DNA from: Octopus bimaculoides
Taxonomy: Eukaryota
Assembly: GCF_001194135.2 (NCBI RefSeq)
Contig: NC_068990.1
Span: forward strand, 33,904,349-33,968,348
DNA length: 64,000 bases
Direction: 5' to 3'
Below are positions 14,642 through 27,593 of this stretch, piece after piece. How positions within the stretch are numbered: position 1 is the first letter of the stretch; each line of letters begins with the position of its first letter. A program made the translations under genes and the position numbers. A model generated the notes under the pieces. The model worked only from the letters and a program-made list of their open reading frames with translations, was not told where the DNA came from and did not search any database.

Positions 14642-15249
14642 TAAACAGAAGATGAAATATACAGGAATTTATTATTAATCTCGAAAATTGTTTAGACACA
14701 TCTAGCATCGATTCCTCTTCGGTGGAACACTCAACAGCCAGTTCAGGATCATCTGATGGTGCAGATGTATCTCGTCGGGTGATAAATAATAAAAACAACT
14801 GTTTTAATGTCCACTTTACCATGACTGCATCGATCAAACAGAATTCATCCATGTGGATTTTTTATGGCCACACGCCTTACTTGTCACTAACCCTTGTTTT
14901 CCAAGCAAGAAAACATTTCACAAAGACTAGATATGATTTTGCAAAGGAATGGAAATGCAGGTCACTGCACAATGAGGTACAAGCACACAGTGACAAATAT
15001 ATATATGCATACATGTCTATATGCACATATATATATAGATATGTATGTATACACACACACATAGGTGTAGGCATTGCTGTGTCATAAGAAGTTTGCTTCT
15101 TAACCACATGGTTCTTGGTACCAAAGTCTTGTGTTGGTGTGGTTACATCCCCATAACTTAGTGGGCCAGCAAAAGAGACTGATATAATAAGTACTAGGCT
15201 TTAGCAAAAAAATGGGATCTATTTTAAAACGGGGCCACATTTTTCATTA

Positions 15250-15673
15250 ATGTTTTACGTAGTGTTTTTGGTACGGAAAGACTTTCAAACTTCGCATACT
15301 TATCTATTTTGTGTTATAGAACAGAAAAATATTTTTGTATTCGAATTTATTTCATGTAAAAAATTGTCTTATTTCGATAATTTCAACCAATCACTGACAA
15401 GTATTCAGTTGTTTACATTTACTCCTTTGGTTGATTAAGCGATGTAAAGCGTATTTAATCTCCATACCTTCGTTTTATTTGCTTTTTACATTTTAAATTT
15501 GCTTTAACCCTAACCCTAACACTAGGGTTAAGGTTAGGGTTAGGGTTAGGTTTAGGGTTAGGGTTAATTGTTTCAGAATCGTTTGTTTATGTAGTCGGCA
15601 CTTAATGTATATCGGCTGAATGGACGCCAGTGATTGGTTGAAATTACAGAAATACGACAACTTTAACATGGAA
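15250..15673. mobile_element. Foldback element with central telomeric repeats (interstitial telomere-like sequence)
   Basis: (TAACCC)~3 then (TTAGGG)~6 at 15505-15566. Arms 15352-15410 (ttcatgtaaaaattgtcttatttcgataatttcaaccaatcactgac) and about 15615-15673 are imperfect reverse complements. The right end is lost in the N gap. Confidence 0.75.
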
Positions 15674-16036
15674 NNNNNNNNNNNNNNNNNNNNNNNNNNN
15701 NNNNNNNNNNNNNNNNNNNNNNNNNNNNNNNNNNNNNNNNNNNNNNNNNNNNNNNNNNNNNNNNNNNNNNNNNNNNNNNNNNNNNNNNNNNNNNGAAAGA
15801 ATGACTAGAGGACTAGAGAAGGCTTTTTGGGGGGGATAATTCTTATTTTAATCTCAATACTAATGTTTATAGTGAATTGTAGCCATTTTCAAACTGAAAA
15901 ATGTATATTTTACTGATTGCTTAAATAGCAAGAGATTTTTTCCTACAAGTCTACATACAAGAAAATATACACAGAAAAGAGAAAAGAATATAAAAAGTAT
16001 AAAAAGTATGAAAAAATAATTATAAAAAAAAAATAT

Positions 16037-16084
<48 letters not shown>

Positions 16085-16741
16085 TGTATATAAAGAATAC
16101 AAAAGCATGTGTGAAGAAGAAGAAGAACAGCAACAACTACAGAACAAAGGAAGGAAGAAAGAGAAAAAGTAAATGATATCAAGAAAAAATAAATATATAA
16201 TATAAAAAAATAAAGAATAAAATATAAAAAATAAGATTAATAGTAATTGAGAACAATGGAGGAAAGATTTAAGTCTATCGAATAACTAAATGCAAAATCT
16301 AGGAATGGTCAGTACTCTTGGTTCATTTTTGGATTTACTTTGCTAGATTCTTTATGTGAATTCGTGTGTTGAAGCATATTTTGTTGTGTCTGGGGAGAGT
16401 CATTCTCTTTTAATGTTTTATTATTTAACACACTCGGGTGACAACGTAAAAGCACCCACTACACTCTCTGAGTGGTTGGCGTTAGGAAGGGCATCCAGCT
16501 GTAGAAACTCTGCCAAATCAGACTGGAGCCTGGTGTTGCCATCCAGTTTCACCAGTCCTCAGTCAAATCGTCCAACCCATGCTAGCATGGAAAGCGGACG
16601 TTAAACGATGATGACGATGATGATGATGACACTCGCTGGTAGAGATTCCTTTCATTTACTTATTTATTTTTCCTAAAATTTTCGTTGTCTTGCAAACTTT
16701 TCAAAAGTCGTTGAAAATTTTTCCAATCATCTGTCTTCCAT

Positions 16742-17300
16742 CAGAGTCCCAGAAAGGAGACATGTAACATTGCTGGTCAGTCATATCTGGTAATTATGAA
16801 ACAAAGAGATTTCATACTCAATTGCATGGAAAATACTCGAGAACCGAGGACCCTACATAAACGGGACAAAACAGTGCAAGTTAGGTATTGCTGAGCATTC
16901 GAAGATCCTTGGTCATGCCAGGGGACATTCGTAACTCCAGGATGGAGATTTTGGGAGCATGCCTGCATTTCATAAAATTTCTGCTGGCCTTTTGGAATCG
17001 GCATGGTAGCACGACAGCTGGAAACCGATAGCCAAGGCCGAAGGGAGACAATCGTTTACATTTGGTGACCACAAGATGGCAGTGCAGCTGAAGATCAATG
17101 GATAATGTCAAAGGGATACTAATCACCTACGGTTTTACCCTTAAAAGCAAAGCTTTTCCCCCTCCATAGTTTAAAGAGGTCTCGGGCCAGCAGGATATGG
17201 CATAAGGCTAAACCTCTTGTGAACAAGAAACCCAAGGAACCCCATAAACAGGCCTACCCCACTATAATATCAACTGCTCAACATCTTAGAGTGTGATTCT
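16742..17300 (+). mobile_element. Penelope-like element 3' fragment (GIY-YIG C-terminus plus probable pseudo-LTR)
   Basis: RHVTLLVSHIW*L*NKEISYSIAWKILENRGPYINGTKQCKLGIAE, then RMEILGACLHFIKFLL, paralleling the C-terminus of the PLE ORF at 50952-51314. Confidence 0.65.
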
Positions 17301-17324
17301 CCTCTGGATTCATGTATTTCTACA

Positions 17325-17329
<5 letters not shown>

Positions 17330-17374
<45 letters not shown>

Positions 17375-17440
17375 NNNNNNNNNNNNNNNNNNNNNNNNNN
17401 NNATATATATGCACACACACACACACATATATATATACAC

Positions 17441-17487
<47 letters not shown>

Positions 17488-17504
17488 CACATATATATAT
17501 ATAT

Positions 17505-17559
<55 letters not shown>

Positions 17560-17665
17560 CACACATATCTATATATATATATACACACACACACACTTCA
17601 TATTTGTGTATCTATGTATATGTGTGTATGTTTGTTCGTATGTGTGTGTGTATGTGTGTGTGTAA
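17330..17665. repeat. Compound (TA)n/(CA)n microsatellite spanning a small gap, representative of many in the window
   Basis: Seen directly. Others lie at 3517-3556, 14595-14640, 18030-18180, 59605-59640 and 60120-60205. Confidence 0.95.
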
Positions 17666-18030
17666 GTATGAAAATTTGGGGATCAAAGATCAAGGATAAC
17701 AGAAATCGATATGGGACTTTATACTAGTTAAAGATAACTGTAGCACAAATATATATAATCTCCAGACTGTGTTAACATTTAAGCGAGGTTGTCGGACAAC
17801 TATCTACCTGATAAAGTGATAATGTTCAACTATACTAACAGAAAGCAATGCTTTTATCTCCATAATTCAATAAAAAATACATATAACACTAAAAAATTGC
17901 TGAATAAATATATTTCAAGCATATCTATTACATTAAGTTTTTTCTTAAATTGAAAAGAATGTTTAGAAGGAAAAGATCTACTGCAATATCAGCCAGATGT
18001 TTTTGACAAAATTTATTCAAAAATTTAAGA

Positions 18031-18181
<151 letters not shown>

Positions 18182-19377
18182 TTACTAGTTATTTCAAATT
18201 TTGAAAGAAATTTTATTTCCAAGATAAAATATGAAAAAGGTTGAGAAAGATAAGAAAGTATGAAAGAAGCCATTTGGTAAAACTTTTCCTAGCTATAATG
18301 CAATTCAAAACATTTATCCTCAAAAATGGTTTTCATTTTTTTAAATTAAGAATTGTAATTAAAACAGAAAATAAAATAAAAATAACTAATGCACGTATTG
18401 TTTTCACATTTTTATATTATTTTTCCCAATTTTCTCTTTTTGTTTTTTATTTTTTGTTTTGTTTTGTTTTTTGCCACGAAGACCTTTTTTAATCAGCCTT
18501 TCTTTAAATAATCATGAAAATTCTGAATTTCAAACAATACCATCAATCAATTGAAATTTATATTTGCATAACTTTAGCTTTGAAACAGCATTGATTTATG
18601 GAAGAAATTGTAGAATATCTGTTACTAATATAGATTATATGCCTAAATAGATAAGCGGCTATTTTGGTATGTGTATGATTTTATATACATTACTAAATTT
18701 GGAGCCAATACTGACAATCTTATAAGATATTGTTCTTATACTTCTATAAAGAATGAAAAAATAATTTAAAATAATAGCCAACAATACAAATATTTGACAG
18801 AAATAACGATCTTGAATCATTCTTACATAAGTTACATACACCAGAAAGATGTATTCATAAGTGAAGTAAATGTATTTTCAATGTATCTCCATTTTGTCTC
18901 CTCAAAACACACACACACACAGTCATTTCATATATTCTATTCCAGTTAGTTTGCTGAGTATTGTCCACCCTTTAATTGAAACAAAATAATGCATGCAAAT
19001 ATCTGAAGAAACCCTTAACCCAAATAAACTAAACTAGCCAATGCCAGTGTCATATAGCAGGTACCCATGACGGTGGCACGTAAAAACTTTGGGCCTCGTG
19101 GCATCATCCCTAAACAAACCTTATTCGGGGACCTTTCGAGTGGGATGGGCTACTTGACCTGAAGAAAATTCTAATTGGGCCCCACTTGCAAGGTCATGTG
19201 CTGTTTATCTTGATATGAGATCACCATGTTGTGCACATATGGTTGTGATGCATGTGTCTAGTGTACCCTTGTCAGATGGGTAGTCATGATGGGTATACTG
19301 GGTTTCGTATATTTTACTCCAGTGTCAATATGATGGCATGCACTGCTCTCTCACTCAATAATAATAACAACAATAAC

Positions 19378-19409
<32 letters not shown>

Positions 19410-20694
19410 TGATAATAATAATAAAGATATTTTTATCCAAAGCAAGTCAAAATCTCATTCTTCAATTATAAATAAAATTACATACTAAAAGCATCTCTAG
19501 ATTTGGGTGTAATTATTTTCATTTTTTAATCAAAGGAGCTTCTATAATAGACACAGAATCTGCTCAAAAGAGTAGCCAATTCCAAACTACTACATAAAGA
19601 ATAGGAAGGACACATTAGATAATATAGTACATGATATCCCCAAAATGTAAGGATAATCATGCTTGGGGATCAGCCTATGTTTTAACAAAAACAACAACAA
19701 CAGCTGCAGCAGCAAGAAGAAGAAGAAGAACAACAACAACAACAGAGTTTGGTTAATAACACTATTACCTATGTACAACACTAAACTTGAAAGGTATCTC
19801 CCTTGGACTATTAATTATTAAAGGATTACAAAAAGTATAGACGCAGGGCTTGCATATAACCAGTAAAACAGCAAGGAAACATGACAATCATGTAGACAAA
19901 ATCTAGAACGTCTGAAACTGTTTCTACATCAATAAATATTGCTTCAAATGAAAGAAAATGTCTTGAAATTATTTGGTTTCGGGATTTACAATTAAAAAAA
20001 AAAGGTGTATGTTTTTCCAAGTAACACAAATCATTTGTATTTTTTCACTGAGAACTATGAACTAGACATTTCATTGACAAACTTTGAAATGCCAGCAGCA
20101 CGACAAACACACACACGCACACACAATCATTCACAGACATACACATTGCATCTAGACACTAATTTTGCCAATAATGTGAAAAGTAGTGTCTAAAATAATT
20201 TTCTGAAATTATAATAGCCACAGTTTGCTTGTCTGTTGGGATATCGTTGGAACATAATAATCTAGCTATTTATATGCATAAGCCTGTCAGTTAAGCTATC
20301 AGTCAATTTGATTGCCATTGGGAGACTACTTTCTGCTTATTTTGTCAGCAATAGTAGCATTTTTGTGTTCTCTTAACATGCTGGTAAAGGCTTAAATAGG
20401 TTATTGTGGTTTGAGTGAAATAATATCCAGAGTTATTGACCATCTAGAGATGTCAGTGGGCCATGTTTCATTCATGTCTTAGGTTTTGGCTTGGCTTGGC
20501 TTCTATGAATGGGTGCCCTTTCTAAAACCAAGCTCTTTACAGAATTTACTCACGAGCATTTCATTGTAGCACGAACACAATTGTGTATGTCAATATTAAT
20601 ATGTGGATGCGCATACATATATGAATGTGTATTTATCTATCTCTCGCTCCCTCTCTCCTATCCCTTTCTATCTATCTATCTCCCAGCATCCATA

Positions 20695-21160
20695 CCATCT
20701 TGATGCAGTCTCAGCTTCGTTGGGCAGGGCACGTAGCTCGCATGTCAGATGATTGACTACCAAAAAGATTGCTCTTTGGCGAGCTGCAAAAGGGAAAGCG
20801 CTCACAAGGCAGCCAGAAGAAGCACTTTAAAGACATACTGAAATCCTCACTGAAGGCCTTCAGCATCGACCATGCAACTTGGGGGCAGTCTGCTCTAGAC
20901 AGAGAAAGGTGGCGATCAGCTGTCTACAAGGGTGCCAATACATGCGAAACAAATAGGATCGCTGCTGCAGAGGACTGCTGACAAGCCAGGAAGAACAGAG
21001 CTAACAACCCTGTAGCAGGCACTACCATTCCCTGTCCACACTGTCAAAGACTCTTTCGGATGCAGATTGGCCTCACTAGCCATCTGTGGACCCACAAAAA
21101 AAGCCCACCCCCACCCCAGGATGACTAGATGGTCTTTGTTGCATCGATGGACAAACCACA
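20695..21160 (+). mobile_element. RTE-clade LINE 3' end (BovB-like, C-terminal C2H2 finger)
   Basis: MQSQLRWAGHVARMSDD*LPKRLLFGELQKGKRSQGSQKKHFKDILKSSLK...CPHCQRLFRMQIGLTSHLWTH. 5'-truncated. Confidence 0.85.
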
Positions 21161-24100
21161 CGCACACATCTATCTATCTATTTATCTGAGTGAGTGTGTG
21201 TGTATGTATGTACATACATGTGTAGATTTGTATGATATATGTCTGTCTTCTCATGCATATACTTGCATATCTAGACATGCTCATATATACTTAAATGATA
21301 GACTATGTATGTATGTATCTATGTATGTGAAGTCACATGGGTTAGTAGTTATGGTATTCAGCTCCTGATTGTAATATTTTGAGTTCAATTCCCAGAGGCA
21401 TGTTACATCCTTAAGCAAGACTCTTTATTTCACATTGATCCAGTCCACTCAGCTGGAAAAAACAGCTGTAGCTATAGTTGAAAGGGCCAGCTTTATCACA
21501 TTCTGTGTGTCAGGCTGAATCTCCCTGAGAACTACATTAAGTGTACACATGTCTGAGGAGTGCTCAGCCACTTGTATGTTAATTTCACAAGCAGACTGTT
21601 CCATCAATTGGATCAACTAGAACTCTCATCATAACTGACGGAGAGCCAGTCCTATGTAAGTATGTATATGTATACATATATACTCTTTTACTTGTTTCAG
21701 TCATTTGACTGTGGCCATGCTGGAGCACCGCAGGACTTATTCTTTGGAAGCCTGGTACTTATTCTATCGGTCTCTTTTGCCAAACTGCTAATGTTACGGG
21801 GACCAGCATCGGTTGTCAAGCGATGTTGTGGGGACAAACATATATACACACATACACATATATACGACGGGCATCTTTCAATTTTTTGTCTACCAAAGCC
21901 ACTCACAAGGCTTTGGTCGGCCCAAGACTATAGTAGAAGACACTTGCCCAAGGTGCCACACAGTGGGAATGAACCCAGAACCATGTAGTTGTTAAGCAAG
22001 CTACTTACAACACAGCCACTCCTGCGCCTACATATATAAAGTTTTAAATGTGTGTGTTCGCATTTTTAATGAAACTTTTACTTCTGTCTAACTTTCTGAA
22101 GAAGTTATTTATGTTTAAAACAAGAGACATTTCTACTTCCTTCCTTCTCATCAAGTGTCAAACTAATAATTACACTTTTTCACTTAGACTTCTATGTTGT
22201 TACTTTCATCAATATTATTGCACCTATATCATACACGTGTACATATATATATATGTATACACAAACACACACACACACATACACAAAGAGGCATATGTAA
22301 ACCATGCACATACACACACACACATGCATAAACCATACACACATATTTCTTTTTTGTCTCATTTACTTGTTCCAGTCATTCCATTGAATGGTGTGAGTTG
22401 AACAAATCTAACTCAATATCAGTTTCCTATTCTGGTTCTTATTCTGTTTTTTTTTCCCCCGTTTACTGAACCACTAAGTCATGGAGACTTAAACAAACCA
22501 GTTATTGAATGATCTGGTGGGACAAATACAAATCTCTTAAGTGACACCAAGATGTGTGAGTCAATATGTATCTTATACTATTTGGGTGAAAAATCTCTCC
22601 CACTTCACTAACCGATGGGCCACACTTCTTCACTTACCTACAGAGTAGTTGGCGTTAGGAGGGGCATCCAGCTGTAGAAACACTGCCAGATCAGACTGCA
22701 GCCTCCTGGCTTCCCAGACCCCGGTTGAACCATCCAACCCATGTTAGCATGGAAATTGGATGTTAAACGATGATGATGATATATGACAAGCTTCTTTCAG
22801 TTTCCATCTACCAAATCTACTCATGTGGCTTTGGTTGACCCAAAGCTATAGGAGAAGACACTTGCCTAAAGTGCCACACAATGGGATTGAATCCAGAACC
22901 ATGTGGTTGAGATGCAAGCTTCTTACCACACAGCAACAACTGGCACCCAGCCATAAAAACCATGTCAATTGATGGCACTTATTTTTTAAAACCTAGTACT
23001 TATTCTATTGGTTTCTTTTGCTAAACTGTTATGTTATGGGGACATAAACACACCAACACCGGTTTTCAAGTAGTGATGGGAGGGACAAACACAGACACAC
23101 ATGGATATATATATGACAGGCTTCTTTCAGCTTCCATCTACCAAATCCACTCATGAGACTTTGGTTGGCCTGAGGCTATAGTGGAAGACACTTGCCCAAG
23201 GTGCCATATAGTGGGACTGGACCCAGAACCATGTAGTTGGGAAGCAAGCTTCTTTATTTCTTTTAAATTGCCATAAAGGCATTACATAAAGGGGGACACT
23301 ACAACACATGTGGGGACGTATAACAATTAAAATAAAAATATGATGCTATGAATGACACATGAAAATGAACATGGAAAACATTAAAATCAAAATATTAGAA
23401 TATTGACACATGAATGATAACTGAGAAATGAGAATATAAAAAGTGTATTACTCACCCCACACTGAGTAACACCACTCGCCACCTCTAAGTTCTATGTCCT
23501 CTTTAGTTTTTAGTCTAGTCTTTCCTTTTCTGTTTTCCCCATCACTGAGTGACAACACTCTCTCCTCCACGTACACGTAACCTTTTTCACCGAAGCGGGG
23601 GGGGGGGTCTTGTAAAATTTGTGGTGTCTGTTCTTTCTTCCCTTTTTTCCTGCGAGGAGAAGGGGAGGCTGAGAGGAGCCCANNNNNNNNNNAGCCCATT
23701 GTATGTATGTATATCTGTGTATGTCTTTGTGTCAGGGTTTGTCCCCCACCACACATCAGCTGGTGTTCATGTGTTTACATCCCTGTAACTTAGTGGTTTG
23801 GCAAAAGAAACTGATAGAATAAGTACCAGATTTAATAAAACAATAAATTCTAGGGTCGATCAAATTGACTAAAAACAAATTGCTCAAGGCATTGCCCCAG
23901 CGTGGCTGCAGTCTAATGACTGAAACAAGTAACAAGTAAAAATATAAAAGATGTGTGTGTGTGTGTGTCCAATCCAAATACTCAACACCACATTGGTGGA
24001 TAAGTATTCTTTATTTGTGGGGTCATCAGACTACCATTAATTTCATGTTGGGAGAGATATCCCTTCCAGCATGAAACCACTGGTAGTCTTGTGATCCCAT

Positions 24101-24727
24101 GAATAAAGTATATATGTGTATCTTTTTTTCTTGTGTGTGTGTGTGAGAGAGTGTGACTGAAAATTTTAAAACGTCCACATAACTCAGATTCTATAGGAAA
24201 GATACAAGGTAAAAACTGCACTAAAAGTTTTTACTTAATTTCAGAATATGATGTATCGTTAAATGTTTTGTGTAATTTCAAAGTACGCTTTATAATAAAT
24301 TTAGTCATAGATACTTTCCACAGGTTTTAAATGTACTTGAATATCTTGATCACTGAATTCTTTTACATAATTTCAAAAAGAACATAAAGAGTCACAGACA
24401 ATTTCCATAACGTTATCTACTATAATAATACTCTTGTGTATTTCTCCGTCACAACATATGAATGAGAAAGGAAGGGGTGATAGATGAATAAGGATGGAAG
24501 GGGTGATGGCAAACCTGGTAGTGCAATGATGGAAGTTCTACGGTGAAAAACAAAAAAAAAACAAAGCAGTATTTCAACTCTGCGTGAGTATATGTGTGTG
24601 TGTGTATGTAAAAGGGAGCCATGTGAATGTTTGTGTGTGTGTGTGCATGTAATGGAAGTGGGATGGTGAACATTCAATGCTGGAAAGAAAAATCAAACAG
24701 CATTTCAACTCTGTGTAAGTATATATG

Positions 24728-24765
<38 letters not shown>

Positions 24766-24811
24766 AGGGAAGTATGTGAATGTTTGTATCTGTGATTATT
24801 ATGTACCTTAT

Positions 24812-25043
24812 TTCTTTATTGCCCACAGGGAGTTAAACTTAGAGGGGGCAAACAAGGACAAACAAAGGGATTAAGTCGATTACATCGACCCCAGTACACT
24901 ACTGGTACTTAATTTATTGACCCCGAAAGGATGAAAGGCAAAGTCGACCTTGGCGGGATTTGAACTCAGAACATAACAGCAGATGAAATACCGCTAAGTA
25001 TTTCACCCGGTGTGCTAATGTTTCTGCCAGCTCGCCACTTTAT
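24812..25043 (-). mobile_element. Nin/Deu-domain-like SINE with a 13-bp TSD (family also at 7120-7330, 33075-33510, 56260-57005 and 63590-64000)
   Basis: The minus strand has a B-box gagttcaaatccc and gcctttcatcctttcggggtcaataaattaagtaccagt, resembling the Nin/Deu central domain. TSD ttatgtaccttat at 24799-24811 and 25044-25056. Confidence 0.8.
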
Positions 25044-25364
25044 TTATGTACCTTATGTATACATAAAATACTACAATTAGCCATCACTTTTGATGACAAG
25101 GAGCCAGCTAGTTAATAAACATTGATAAGGAAGAATGTCACTTAGTTATTTCAATGAGTATTACTAAATCACTCAAGGGATATAATAAAGGTATACCAAT
25201 TTAAACAAAGTGCATTGTTGTTCTGTTCTTTAATCACTTCATGGGCAAAGAGGGGAAAATAGTAAAATTTAGCAAGGTTCGTCTTCCCCAATAATCTATA
25301 TGCTAACTCAGGTGAATTTTTATTACTTACTGCCTAATTTGCTGGTGATGTAATGTCACTCGTA

Positions 25365-25745
25365 GAGGCACAATGGCCCAGTGGTCAGGGCAGCAGACTC
25401 GCGGTCATAGGATCGCAGTTTTGATTCCCAGACCAGGCGTTGTGAGTGTTTATTGAGCGAAAACACCAAAAGCTCCACGAGGCTCCGGCAGGGGATGGTA
25501 GTGAACCCTGCTGTACTCTTTCACCACAACTTTCTCTCACTCTTACTTCCTGTTTCTGTTGTGCCTGTAATTCAAAGGGTCAGCCTTGTTACACTGTGTC
25601 ATGCTGAATATCCCTGAGAACTAAGTTAAGGGTACACGTGTCTGTGGAGTGCTCATTCACTTGCACGTTAATTTCACGAGCAGGCTGTCCTGTTGATTGG
25701 ATCAACTGGAACCCTCGATGTCGTAAGCGACGGAATGCCAACAAA
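25365..25745 (+). mobile_element. tRNA-derived SINE of the same family as 33692-34081, in opposite orientation
   Basis: gaggcacaatggcccagtggtcagggcagcagactcgcggtcataggatcgcagttttgattcc...ggaatgccaaca. Confidence 0.88.
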
Positions 25746-26489
25746 ATAATGTCACTCATTTACAGAAGATCAGGCCAGTTTGGAGAATATAATAGTGTCT
25801 GCAGCCTTTGCATGCCAAAATATGTATTAAATTTTTAGAACAAACAAAACTATATTTTTCGTTTTGAAAATAGATCCTTCCTTGAAATGGAATTCAAGAC
25901 CTTCTAGTAAATAGTTGCATACTTTAAAGTTTATTCAGTTATATTTACTGACTTTTACAGCTGTGGTTGTTATATGTAGTTTGGTATTTGTCAAAGTCTT
26001 TTTTTTTTTTAAATACTTTGCTTGTAATGATTGGGTGTTTTTCCATGACTTTTTCACCTTTTGCTTTCGGAATAATATAGGTAGGTTTGGATTGAATATT
26101 TATAAAAACTTCTGCATTCTTTAGGTTAAAGTTGAAATATACTGTTTAACATTTTAAACATTTTTTTCCCCCCAAAGTTCTTCAACGTCAATTTGCTTTG
26201 CTCTTTGAATTTCATTATTGATTAAATTCAAAAGATATTTTCTTTTAATAAATATTTCTTTAATTTCGTCGTCACCGTCATCATCATCATCATCATCATC
26301 TAAAATCACTTTTCCATGTTGGCAGAAGCTGGCAAGCCAGAAGACTACCAAACTTCTTTGTCTGCTTTAGCATCGTTTTTATGACTGGGTACTCTTCTTA
26401 AGGCCAACCACTTTACAGAGGGGATTGGATGCTTTTTACATGGCACCAGCACTGATGAGATTGCCAAGGATTTCATTTGCATATTTTTG

Positions 26490-26644
26490 AATTGATCATG
26501 TACTATTTCATAGCTTTGAGATTTCAATGATGTGATTGTTTATTTTTTAAATGACATATGGTAGTTTTGAGAAGCCAGAACTGACTAATTTGAAGATAAA
26601 ATAAAATATTTTGGCTGGATATGGTGAATTTAAATACTAAAGGG
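26490..26644 (+). mobile_element. Partial copy (one end) of the same piggyBac MITE family
   Basis: tagctttgagatttcaatgatgtgattgtttatttttt...aatactaaaggg followed by TTAA (26645-26648), matching the 5290-5501 MITE and the 30180-30320 terminus. Confidence 0.7.
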
Positions 26645-26649
26645 TTAAA

Positions 26650-27560
26650 GCATGTGCCAGTTTCTAACTTACCATTACCACCAATATATACAAAAACAAT
26701 TAGAATCTGTTATTATTGTACTCAATATTATATTACATGTAAAAGTTTATATTGTTTATGAGACTTTAAAATTCATTTGGCTGATGAAGATTTTTCCCTT
26801 CAAGAACCTTTTCCAGTTTTCTTTCGAATAACCACTGGAATGATTTCCAGATATGTGTGACAGTTGTTCATACATTTCCTAACTCATGACATCCCAAAAT
26901 GAAATTAATCTCAGTTGGTGCAAATTTGCTGCCTATAGTTATGCTTGACTCTAGTTGCTTGGCTGTGTTACCAAACAGGAAGTGGTTATTCTCTAAAAGA
27001 AATTGAATTCCACCTGTTATAAACCTCACACCATAGTCTGGCAGTCCATAATTAATAAGTCTAGACAGTATATAATACTTATGATTCCACACTTGTGTGG
27101 AGCATTATATTAGTTCACAAGATAAAATGAAGTAACATAGATATTTCTATTTACTGTATTTCATAGATAATTGAGAGATTATCAAGATTGTCTCTTACAA
27201 AGTTCGGCATAGTTTTCAGGAAAGGTTCCAGCAAGATGTCTACAAAGTAATGTGTCAAACATGTCAAGTCTACTATAATGGGTCTCAAGCATGAATCATC
27301 TGGTGAAAGTATATTCATTTAATTATTCCTTGCTTATATTATATGCTTCGATGATCAATGTATTTTTGTTTGCTTTTAGTAATCCACGGAAATTTCTTGT
27401 TCTACATTTAAAATTTGTACCATTAAAAATTTTCTATATAAATTTAGTAAAGCAGTGAGTAGTTTTATAATTGTTGTAGGCATTTATTTTTTGGTTTCTC
27501 CATATGTACTACTCCTAGCATATTTAGTATAATGCTGGTATAACACTCTGTGGCCATAAT
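26650..27560 (-). mobile_element. Penelope-like retroelement reverse transcriptase remnant (Neptune-like)
   Basis: NFRGLLKANK...SPDDSCLRPII...VDILLEPFL..M.NFVRD, FLLENNHFLFGN..KQ...IGSKFAPT..NFILG, ENWKRFL..IFI (decayed RFLDD). The motif order is typical of PLE RT. Heavily decayed. Confidence 0.75.
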
Positions 27561-27593
27561 AAGAACTGAACTTCCATTATCACTTTCTTTTAA

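Noticed and set aside
15505-15566. Telomere-telomere fusion site
   Set aside because: The orientation is (CCCTAA)n-(TTAGGG)n, the reverse of a fusion scar, and it is short and embedded in inverted arms. It is treated as part of a repeat element.
17293-17727. Long YIYI/HTHT/CVCV ORFs here and at 54483-55083, 40006-40528, 60089-60473 and 61294-61733
   Set aside because: They are translations of (TA)n/(CA)n microsatellites or N gaps, not proteins.
25325-25362. Minus-strand ITSP peptide near a gtaagt donor, resembling a later AGBL4 exon (LLTITSP)
   Set aside because: A stop follows in frame, the donor is not at the expected position, and the upstream sequence is a SINE head.
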